A stretch of 64,000 nucleotides of DNA from Balanoglossus misakiensis (lineage: Eukaryota > Animalia > Hemichordata). The stretch lies in contig CM082590.2 of NCBI GenBank assembly GCA_040954595.2, forward strand, positions 7,688,001-7,752,000. The letters run 5' to 3'. The translations under genes were made by a program, and so were the position numbers. The first letter of the stretch is position 1. Every line of letters begins with the position of its first letter. Below are positions 53,406 through 64,000 of this stretch, one piece after another. The notes beneath the pieces were generated by a model, which was not told the DNA's origin, did not search any database, and saw only the letters and a list, made by a program, of their open reading frames with translations.

Positions 53406-54077
53406 ACGCCATCTTACCGTCAACTCACATTGAGTCACAGTTTGAATTCATTGCATTTACCTGAATGCTAGCTTGCACCAAACACGTTGTAATTATCATC
53501 CGTTTGAATGTATCAACTACTAATTGTTCTCCCTACATAATTGCAACATGGCGACAGTTTTCAGCTCATCGATGGGGTACACATGATTACGTGATTTAAA
53601 CTCAAAAGCTTGTATTCTGGAATAGAAACTGATAAGACAGGACGTGGGGTATATAACACAGAAAAAAGACAAGTACATGTAGAAATGTTTCAGCAAGTAA
53701 TGTTTATTGAAAAAAAACTACTGATCGGAACACCCCCATCGTTTATTACCTGTACTGTTCACGGTCCACTGTGGTGGAACTTGAATATTTACTATCAATA
53801 ATTGAACAAAGTAGTTGAGTTCGTGCTCTGACAGAAGCAGGAAACTTGCTTATTTCTCTGATGGTACGTTCGCAAGAGACAGACTCCACAGACTACATTG
53901 TGCAAGCTAGATGAAACGGTGAATGGTACATACATGTCCTGATATCAACTTGCATTAGTCACGTGATCTGGTAATAGTTGCTGTGGACTATTCCCTAGGG
54001 AAATAGCCATTCTGTTTGACTGTCATGTGACGTATTGTAGCAAGTCGCAGCACAGCATGAGCATGTCCTGTGTTATA

Positions 54078-54239
54078 CAGTCAAACCCCTGTTAGTTGCC
54101 ACCTCTATATAGTGGCCACTTTGTTACAGTCCCTGTGCAATTCCCATGTGTATTAATTAACCTCTATATAAAGGCCACCTGTCTATAAAGGCCAGTTTAG
54201 GAGAGTCCCTTGACTGGCCACTATAGACAGGTTTGACTG
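54078..54239. mobile_element. MITE family B inserted ~10 nt after the gene 7 stop codon
   Basis: TA|CAGTCAAACC...GGTTTGACTG|TA. Confidence 0.75.
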
Positions 54240-54250
54240 TAATTCATCAT

Positions 54251-54638
54251 TCATGTCAACGTAAGAACAGCAAGGCCAATCAGACTGATGACAACAGTAG
54301 CAAACAGACTTGACTCCTTGGTCCTGGCACCAGCTGAAATTCAAACAAAGACTGGTTATTTGACATGCTATATTTCAGCCCCTAATGGCATAAATAAATG
54401 AATGAATGAATGAATGAATGAATGAATGAATGAATGAATGAATAAATAAATACATGAATGAATAAATAAATACATGAATGAATGAATGAATGAATGAATG
54501 AATGAATGAATGAATGAATGAATGAATGAATGAACGAATGAATGAACGAATGAATGAATGAATGAATAAATAAATACATTAATGAATAAATAAATAAATA
54601 AATAAATACATGAATGAATAAATAAATACATTAATGAA

Positions 54639-54669
<31 letters not shown>

Positions 54670-57106
54670 AACAAGTAAGATGAAATACATGTACGTACAT
54701 ATCCAACTCGACTCATTCAGGCTGGGAGACACTGTAGAAACCACTGGCGAACTGATCGTGGGTACTGCAAAGAGATATCACGGCAAAGAATGCATGAAAG
54801 ATTCATTCCAAATAAAAGGACATAAATAGAAACTATATGGACTTTGATAACAATTAAACTTTGTACCGGTATACCATTACTCTTTTATTTTGATCCAATG
54901 TTCTTTTACCTTGTAAAATATATTGTGGTAAATATGTAGTTTTGTAAATGTATATTTTGTGTACTGGACTGATGTACTTGGGCAACTGAATTGGAGGTCA
55001 GCTCAGAATGATACAGTGAGGATCAAGACAAATTATCTACAGTCCATATCTTACCTGAGGAGCAGTCAATAGCACGTCCTGCTCCAGAAGAATCTCATTT
55101 CAGACACGAAAATTTTTGTAAATGTATATTATTGTGTACTGGACTAACGTGCTTGGGCAACTGACTTGGAGGTGAGCTCAATATATTACAGTGAAGATCA
55201 AGACAAATTATCTACGGTCCATCTTACCCGACGAGCAGTCAATAGCACCTGCCCCAGAAGAATCTAATATCAGACACGAATCATCATCATCGGAGTTCCC
55301 ACTTGCGTCGTTGCTGGTGATCACAGCGCAGAGATGACTGTATCTACGGCAACCAGCCGCGTCTGGCCGCAGGGTTGCAAACCCCATATGACTGTACGAC
55401 GTGCCTTGTGGAATAGATATCGGACTCCCTATTCCGGGCGACGGTGATCTGTACGGTGTTGGCGATACGACGGTAGCGGATTCAAGTTCAGCATTGTCGG
55501 TGAAGTACAAATAGACGTCTGTCACGGAACCGTCTCCTGAGTTTCGCTCTATGATGTTAAGGGTAAAGGTCAAGCTGACATCACTGATCGGGCTGTAAGT
55601 TGCTGTGTGGTCTGGGTACACAACGAAGTCTGAAGCTCTCAGATCTGCAAACAGATTCGAAAAGAAGACGTCTTTAAGAATATCAAAGAAGACATTTCCA
55701 TGTGGTTACATTTACTGATATTTTCAAACCTTTTTTTCTCTCTCTCAGTGCCCCTTTTCCATGAATTATGTTTGATACAGGACACTGTTTTATTATTCTA
55801 CATGTGGATATATAGTGAATCAACGTTCAACCACACACAACTTCTGTCCCAAGTAAAAATCTCGTCAAAATGAATAAATGGTGGAGACCGATTGTTCATC
55901 TTGGCAAGTTTTTCACTCACGTGTCTTCAAGTGGGATAGAAGTTGTGTGTGGTTGAACGTTGATTCACTATATATATCCATCATGTAGGGTGAGTGAGAG
56001 AGAGAGAGAGGAGAGAGAGAGAGAAAGGGGGGGGGGGGGAGAGAGAGATTTGACTCATACTCACCCTGTGCAGTGGAAAGTGCTATCCATCCATGTAGAA
56101 GAACAGGAATCAATAATAAAGGCTGGTACCTGTGGAATCAAAATACCATGACAGTTACATATTGTACAACATCATGCAAAACGAATGCATTGTTTTAAGA
56201 AGTAGTACAGCAATTCACTTTACTTGCTTGTTGCTTTGTAACTATTGAAAAGTTGAATCAGTTGAAAAGTTCGGACTCAGAACATTTGAAATTAAGATTT
56301 GGCCATTTTAATAATATTGTAACAATTTGGTACTAGCATATTTTACTGGTAAGTGTGTGTACTGGTATTGTAGATCTTGTCATTTTCGCTAATTCAAACA
56401 TTTGTAAGTATAAAATTGCTTTTTGTATTGTACTCAAAACCAGAATTCACAACAAGAAAAACAAGTACACAGCTAAAACAAACGCGTGGACGTTGGGGGC
56501 GCTGTGGGTGTGACTGGAGACAATCTGGAGGTCATGACCTGAGGTAGTGAAGGGCTGTCCTCCCTTCATGTACTGCGACTATTGTGCGTGCCCAGTCATG
56601 CTTTACCTTCTTCTAAGTAGCGTACAAAAGGCCAAGGACGCGCTGTAGACTCAGTAAACGCTGGTTAATGGGTTGGGGTGTGTGAAACAAACTGCTGTGG
56701 TCAGAAATACCTACATCTCAACATGGGCCCTCACACAAGAGAATTCGGTCACAGAGAGTATAAAGTAGTATATTAATTCAATGAGAAAAACCAGCGATAA
56801 GAAATAAATTAATGTGTTCACGTTCATTTCCCAGGAGTATAACACTGTCTTGTGCATGATAAATATGGCTTCGACTGACATAGATATAGAACAGAGACCG
56901 AGCGAATGGGTTGTTGTTTACCCACTAGCCCTCACACCCCATTCCCTCCCCATATTCCCCTGCTACCACACGAAGGTAGACTAGATCAATTTGATGATCC
57001 AGGGTTAGGCATGGCAAAAAAAACACTGCTTAATAAATGTAGGCCAATTAATTTTCGGAGATGGGTTGAAACAACAGTGTCTCTAAACTCACCTCAAACT
57101 CCTCAT
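54251..57106 (-). CDS. Cluster gene 7: divergent single-domain predicted GPI-anchored protein (~192 aa)
   Basis: Exons 57106-57093, 56129-56065, 55644-55228, 54333-54251, in frame. Signal MRSLRYQPLLLIPVLLHGWIALSTAQ; domain DLRASDF...LYFTDN...GCRRYSHLCAVI...DDDDSC...IDC; tail AGARTKESSLFATVVISLIGLAVLTLT*. Confidence 0.82.
54392..54670. repeat. (TGAA)n/(TAAA)n microsatellite
   Basis: Direct reading. Confidence 0.95.
54941..55280. repeat. Tandem duplication including the 3' end and donor of the gene 7 domain exon
   Basis: 54941-55110 matches 55115-55280. Confidence 0.8.
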
Positions 57107-58039
57107 ATTTGTTGTTCCTGTGAGATGTGATTCGATAGTGATCCTGACAATTCAACAACAAAAACCCTACACAGTGCCCTTTAATAGCATTTACATTGGA
57201 TTGTACGATCAAAAGGAAATCTGCCATTGGCTGGTCATCGTTAAACGTCACAAAATAGGCCACTCATCTCATTATCCCTATGTGACCTGAATTTACATCC
57301 TGGGACTTCGTTTATATGAGTTTGCCTTGTCGAGTGCACTGCACTCAAGGAGCAGTCAACCATGCTATTGAAGTTTTACATGTCATATAGCGATATATAC
57401 CCTAAGCGATTCGAGACCAAAAGTGGAATTAATGTATCTGTTACTAAAGGAAGCCTGTTGTACTTGAATGATGTCATACAAAAACAGCATCGATCCATGA
57501 CATTGACATGGACATTAGAAGCCATGCACCCGAAGTTTTAACCTTGACACGACAGAGTCGTGCTTAATATGGACCATTGCCTGGATTGTATGTAAACACT
57601 TCTGTTCTGTCAGCTCAAAAAAAACACAAAGGCGAATCCATTGAAGAGAAAGTAAAGTGGGCAATAAATCCCCTGAAAATACTTAACCCAGTTTCTTTGA
57701 AGAGAACGTCGAAGTGACGAAAACACCATTGATAGAACGTATGTCTACTTGCACTAAAAACACAATAAATTGACTGTAGGTATACAGCTACGTTATTTAC
57801 TGTCACCGTGACCGCCGACGAAGGTCAAGGTGACTGTGGAAACGCGATTTGTTTAATCGCACGTGCTTTAATCAAGTTTACTGTTGGTGCGTTCTCATGG
57901 TCGCTTGTTCGGCCATGGCCCGGTCACCATGGTTATGGGAAAATTTACACAAGTCTCTATGCACAAGTTCAACGTTGGCGACCAGAACTGTAGCACCAAA
58001 AGTATTTTACGTTCATGTTTAAACACTGTGTCTCATTGG

Positions 58040-58330
58040 TAGATTTAATGGGCGTGTCTTCATTAAAACCAATCAAAACGTCGCGCTCACGGTCGCTGGC
58101 AACCAAAAGTGTTTGGCTCCACCCACTGAGCTATAGGCCCATGTAAACCTACCATAGACCAATTTGAGAGATTGAATTTGAGAATAAAATATATTTCATA
58201 AGTTAGTTGGGTATCATTATATACTTGATGAGAGCATTTAACTTCATAGTGTCTGGTCCGCTGATTAAATTCCATTGTGTAAGTGACGTCATATGCAGCA
58301 AGTGACGTCACCGGCAGCTGGTCAGGAAAC
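58040..58330. promoter_or_regulatory. Putative promoter with two perfect CRE palindromes and CCAAT
   Basis: AAGTGACGTCA twice (TGACGTCA at 58284-58291 and 58303-58310); CCAATC at ~58069; CpG-enriched. Confidence 0.45.
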
Positions 58331-59587
58331 GGCACACGCGGTTGTTACAGCTTTGATCAAAGTCTTTCAAAGACTACAGGTGTGTTGATCTCACAGACGA
58401 ATCTATCATTGCCTGCTTTGATCGAATTCAATGCAATGACAAACTGTTGATCAAGCGTTAAAAAGGTGGCGCGCGCCGGCGCGTGTGAGTGCGTCCACGC
58501 GTATCCATGGCTTCATCAGTTCACACCCGTGATACCCTTGTCAACCAGCGCGCCTTGTCAACAACCTGTGTGGTATCCTAGTCCAGCAGTCTTCAAACGT
58601 ACGAATAATTGACACGTCGAGACAAAAGCACCATAGATAAAAGTCCATTGTACAGAAAAGACAAGAAATTTGTCGAAAATGTTATTTTTCTGATATTTTC
58701 ATGGCAGAACGTCCAAAAGTAGACTACCGGTATATAAGTATAACAATATCGTGTTTTGAAGTAATTCTTGGTGAAATCACTAGAGTACCTTAGTCCACGG
58801 GCTTAATTGTGTCATAAAAATTAATTTCAGAAAAAAATGTCCTGAGTTACTTTTGGTTGTGTGCAGTGAACGTGTATAGTCGTAGGATTGCGAATGCTTG
58901 CGAACAGTAACCGAACCACAGTGCGGAAACTCACCTAATGTTTTCTATGGTCAAGTTGGACCTCAAAATGATAAATGGGTGTGAAAGAGTTAAAGTGGTG
59001 TGGGTGGTGACCAGAAACATTTCATTTTTGGCCTAATGGGAACACATAGTTACGCTGTCGTAAGGGGGTTGGTGCGTACCACAGCTCTATGGTAACATGA
59101 AATGGGTGATTTTTTGTCGCCACAGTCGTGCTGGGCACTGTAGTTTTACTGATAACCAAACCGTCAGACGAAGCATTTTGATATGCTAGTTATCAACTTC
59201 AAATAAATCGGAAAGTACATCTTCTACCAAACGTTCTTGAGAAGTGCCAGTTATTTGGCTTGTAAAAAGACATTGGAAAAAAACAGTCAATACTATTGCT
59301 GATCTCATCGGTGACCACCAAAAAAACAACAAGTTTATTTTCTCTTTTCGAACTTTTGCTCACGAAACTTTAGAAATGCGGCGATGATTGGGTGTCCGTT
59401 TCACACGATTTCATAATTGTTTCATCCCCTGTCCCCCGAGCCGCAATAGAAACACTAAACCTAGGGGGCCACAAACAAAAAACTTCGCAAACCTAAGGGG
59501 ACACAAACAACCCGGTGTTGATTTAAAGCCCACCGCTCTCCCGAAAAATCAGTCAGTCGCAAGCTTTCTTATGATAACGACAAGAAC

Positions 59588-62500
59588 ATGCTCTCCTCAA
59601 GAAGAAGCTCGTTACCAAGGCCAGAATTCGTGACGCCACGTGGCAACACGTACGTGTACGACACTGACTACCGTATCCACTCGCCCCCGGGGGATCGCTT
59701 CACCGGGGGAGAAGTCACGCCCGCTGATTACCGCAACGTCTCCGATGTATCCCGGTTGAGTGACGGTACTTCGTCGTCGTCGGAAGATGAGGTATAAAAA
59801 ACTGATTCTTGGTGCCGTTTTTTTTTATGGAGAACGCGTATATCAAAGTCACGCTTGTGGATATATGTTTTTTTGTTGGTTAAAAATTGTTTCTTACGAT
59901 TGGGTAGTAGTTTTTTTCTAGAGGTATTCCCTCCGATCTCCATATATGAATGTACATTTTTACCAGCAGATCCGTGGTTCCAACAACATTTCTAGCTGGG
60001 TAAAACAATATCTTAAAACTGCCCTGAGTTAGCATAATTGGCTTGTTGGTAAATAATCTTAAAACCGTCCACTTTCAAGTACTTTTTCGGTTACTGTTAC
60101 GATCGTTGGTTTTGGGGGTAAAATTTATCTTAAAACAGTCCAATTTTAAGGGATGTTAAACTTTTAACGCGACTACATACACGGCGCTCGGTGATGGTCA
60201 TCGTTGGGGCTCCATGAGTGAACCAAGTGCCGATGAAAGTGTTCAACGTGACTTTTTTTTGCCCTCCCCGGCCTTTCTACATGATAACCAACTTTTGTTC
60301 GTTTCCTTTCTGTTCCAGACGTCCGGTTCCGAACCCAGTTCTTGGTGGGTGGCGACCCAGAAAGAAAGTTTACCAAGACAAGCTACCGATGTTGGAGAAT
60401 TCTGTATACAGAAAGCGGTCCGTGAATTCTTAGATCGAGTTGACAGGTGTGCAGAGTCGGTTGTCGCTGAGGCGTTCAGCAAACCAACAGTTCATCGCGA
60501 AGAACGAGACAGCTCGAAGATTAAAGTTCCCAAGGCGTGTGCTGTAAGTATTTTTATATAGTCCTAGTCGCGGTATGTGTGAGAGTAATCCGTGCGCGTA
60601 TACGTAACAATTATCGTTATTTATCTCTCCGACATCATCAATGTTCTACGTGGCCGAGGTTCTTACCAAAAGTCGAGGTTCTTACGTTATACAGCCTTAA
60701 AAGTTAAAAATACTCGAGGTTCTTGCTTACAAAGTCATATTTTAGTCCAGCCGATGATAATTTCTCTTTATTAATTAACAATTATCGTTATTTATCTCTC
60801 CGATATCATCAAGGTTCTTAAATACGATTTTCATACGTGGCCGAGGTTCTTACCAAAATCGAGGTTCTTAATAAAAAAGACTATTTTTAAAGCAATCGTG
60901 TTAGTACAAAGAATAGAACTTAACTTTGACGTCATTATTGACAAGTTATTGAGTGTTTTTCCCTTTCGTTTTTTTTACAGGATGCCATAAAAAGCTCATA
61001 CTTTGAACTAGAAACGGAGGAGACTTACCGGCCGATTGGCTTTGAAGGCTTCGACACATCTTTAGGGTGAGTCTCAAAATCGATGCGGGGGGGGGGGGGG
61101 ACCGGGGGTGTCACTTATTCAACTACCCCTCCCCCGGGACTATATATCTTCTAAAACAATTAACGCGTCTTTTTATTTTCATGCTATTTTGGCTCTCGCG
61201 TATTTCTCGAAAATTTATTGCTCGCGAAAATAAAGTGGTTTACAGTATCAGATTTATCGTGGACCAACTGCCCCTCCCCCGGGACTATACCATTTTAGGG
61301 TAGACCGAAAAGGTGGGACTGCCTGATGGTTTGGTCGGTTTTATTTCTGGTACAGCCAAGGAGACTTGGCTTAAGTTCTTATACCAGGGGATAGAATCAG
61401 ATTGTGACAAGATGGTCTATCGGTTGTTCTTTTCTGTACCCAACGAAACCCTACTTCATTCATCTGGGACATAGGCATCTGTAAATATGCTTGGTTTAGT
61501 GTTTTATTATTGAAAGGTGACTAAAAACGATAAAGCAGTAGCTGGTTTCGCGACATACCAGTACTCCAATGCCCTTGGTAATTGTTGAAGGGCGCCCCCA
61601 AGCGTCGTAATGGCATATTTGTGAACACACGTTTATATGTGCGGTTGTCTCCCCAGGATTTTGGGAAAGTGTGGTGACTTATTTACATAACAGTGTGATC
61701 AATTGTTATATTAATTTAGTTCTATTGTCTTCTCACAGGTCTACAGTGAGATGTCCCCAAAACAGGAAAACCATATCACAGATCATGGAGAGAATACAGA
61801 ATATACATGGACAGGACTGTTGGCCAAAAGAAGTCCTACAGAGTGAGTAATATTTTTATTTTCTAATATTTGTCTATTAAAGTCTCTCTTTCTCTCGCTG
61901 CCCCCTTTCCATTAATTATGTTTGATACAAGACACTGTTTATGTTATTCTGCATGTGGATATATAGTGAATCAACGTTGGACCACACACAACTTTCAAAA
62001 TGAATAAATGGTAGAGACCGATTATTCATTTTGTCTACAAGTGAGATGGAAGGTGTGTGTGTTCGAACGTTGATTCACTATATATCCACATGTACATTAA
62101 CATAAACAGTGTCTTGTATCAAACATAATTAATGGAAAAAGGGCAGCGAGAGAGAGACTTTGTTCCTTTATTTTACCAGTACATGTAAATTGCACAGGGA
62201 CTGTAACACAGTGACCACCATATAAAGGTGGTCACTAACACAGGTTAGATTGTATCAGCTTTATCATTATGAAATTCTGATGTGTCCTGGTCAACACACA
62301 CGGTGAACCAAATCTTCACTGGTTTGAATTGTGGGCAGATATTCATATTATGGGTCATTCATGATATCATAATAATAAATGATTTCATTTTTTGCAGAGG
62401 GGTGTCTAACCTACTTGAAAGGCAAACGAGCATACGCTAGTTTGAAGAGAAGGGGTCGACTGGAGCCCACAATGAAAAGGAGCAGAGCCAAAGGAAGACA

Positions 62501-63409
62501 ACGCAAGGTGAGTCAGCCACTGGTCGTTTGGTTAAAGAGAGTACAATGTATATTGTAACACACCTCATCCACAGACTGTGTTCTCATTCGTCAATTCATA
62601 GTCATGTGGTGTGCGTTCTTTTTGTGCTGTTGCCCGCCTGGCATCAGTTCCGATAAATGATGCCCGCTCACTTTGTGTATGGTGAGTTCCTTATGCATGG
62701 CTGCGGATAAGGTGTGTTACAAAACACATACTGACTGGCCTTTTGGGCAACAGCACACGTCTGTCGCCCCTCGGAACTGTGAGTCACTCCCCAAAACAGA
62801 CTGTTCCACTCGGCCTTCAGCCTCGGGAAACAGTCTGTTGTGAGGGGTTACAGATGTATGCTATTGCCCTCATGGCCAGTCAATACATGTATATGTTTCC
62901 TGATCGCACACCGATACATATCATACACACACACACACACACCTGTACATTCATAACATAGTGGCTACTACCACTATATAGAAGTGGCCACTGTACATGT
63001 TAATTGCACAGAGATCGACACAGGTTTGACTGTATTTTAACACACTGTCCCCCTCTCTCCCTAAATACAGAAGATGAAAAGGCGATGCGAGGCTCTAGAA
63101 AGCATCCAGTGGTCCCCAGAAACAAAGGACAGAGTCCAACACGTGATGAACGACCTGGCCTACCACAGCTCGGAAGAGAGCGATCCAGAAGGAGACATCA
63201 CTTGGCGGGCGAGGCAAACTCTATACTGGGAATCCAAGGAACTGAAGAAATGCAAGAAAGATCTGGACGAACACTTCTGGAAGCACGTGGCCCATAGGAA
63301 CGCTAAGCAGTGTTATGTGGAGGTGCGGGACAAGGGCAAGGAATCGGACCGGATGATACCGGATAATGCACCAGCCTGGGCATATGCAAGTAGACCTTTG
63401 CCTTTTTAG
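59588..63409 (+). CDS. Uncharacterised protein, C14orf93/DUF4616-like (~355 aa)
   Basis: Exons 59588-59791, 60319-60543, 60981-61066, 61739-61842, 62398-62507, 63071-63409 splice in frame. The basic KRSRAKGRQRKKMKRR segment followed by YHSSEESD...LYWESKELKKCKKDLD resembles C14orf93-like proteins; family assignment is by recall only. Confidence 0.65.
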
Positions 63410-64000
63410 GTAATTAAGTTTCTTTCATATAGCATACACGTACAAAGTTAATACTGTAAACTGGGAAATTTTTGCAACAGACAATTTTCACGATTTAAAA
63501 GAGACAACTGTTTCTTGATGATTGATGTTCGCGTTCTCAAATTTCACTAACTGTATCATTTAATATCTCCAAAAAAATTTTATGAGACTCTTCGTTTTCA
63601 TGTTATTTTGGCTCTCTGGATATTCGTGAAAATTTATTGTTTGCGAAAATTTCCCATTTTACAGTATTCACTCACATAGCACACATGCATGTACCAAGTC
63701 GCAGACAACAAGTGTTTTACAGTAGGTAGGTCATATATTACATTGGGCAGCCCTGTTGATCGCAGTGTTTGGTACATGTATAGCCAAGGACTCTTTTATC
63801 ATACAGAACAGTACGGTATACAGGCACACTGGTGGAACATCTGTTGTTATATATTTCAAACCACCTGAGGACACGTTTTATGGTTGTAATATACTGTATT
63901 TTATTCCCATTTTAATTTTGGTAGTTGGAGACGCTCTTTAATCCAGACACCACTTCAACTGTCCGTTTTTTTGTCTGTCGGATCCGTCCGTTCTCCAGTT

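Noticed and set aside
57255-57275. ATGAG|ATGAGT on the minus strand as a candidate first exon of gene 7
   Set aside because: Lacks GT; a canonical in-phase exon (ATG AGG AGT TTG AG|gtgagt) exists at 57106-57093.

Overview
AT-rich, intron-containing animal genomic DNA; nothing here looks prokaryotic. Manual splicing of the window yields a tandem/inverted cluster of seven paralogous genes (2.7-57.1 kb; three on +, four on -). All share one plan: a tiny ATG exon (phase 2), a signal-peptide exon, one to three symmetric phase-1 exons each encoding a ~125-145 aa, beta-rich, Thr/Ala/Gly/Asp-rich domain with four conserved Cys (13 domain exons in total), an optional Ser/Thr/Pro stalk mini-exon, and a hydrophobic C-terminal GPI-anchor-like exon. 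In six of the seven genes this is followed by a 3'UTR intron just after the stop. By eye the domain resembles a disulfide-stabilised CARDB-like Ig fold; this is inference and needs an HMM or structure check. The cluster shows exon duplication and shuffling, a head-to-head pair sharing an inverted promoter, a recent segmental duplicate pair whose ectodomains diverge much more than their flanks, and one frameshifted domain exon. Together these suggest a rapidly diversifying family of cell-surface recognition or adhesion proteins. An unrelated six-exon gene resembling the C14orf93/DUF4616 family lies at 59.6-63.4 kb. Intergenic and intronic DNA is full of palindromic MITEs (TTAA- and TA-flanked), a LINE 3' end, a tRNA-like SINE and microsatellites.
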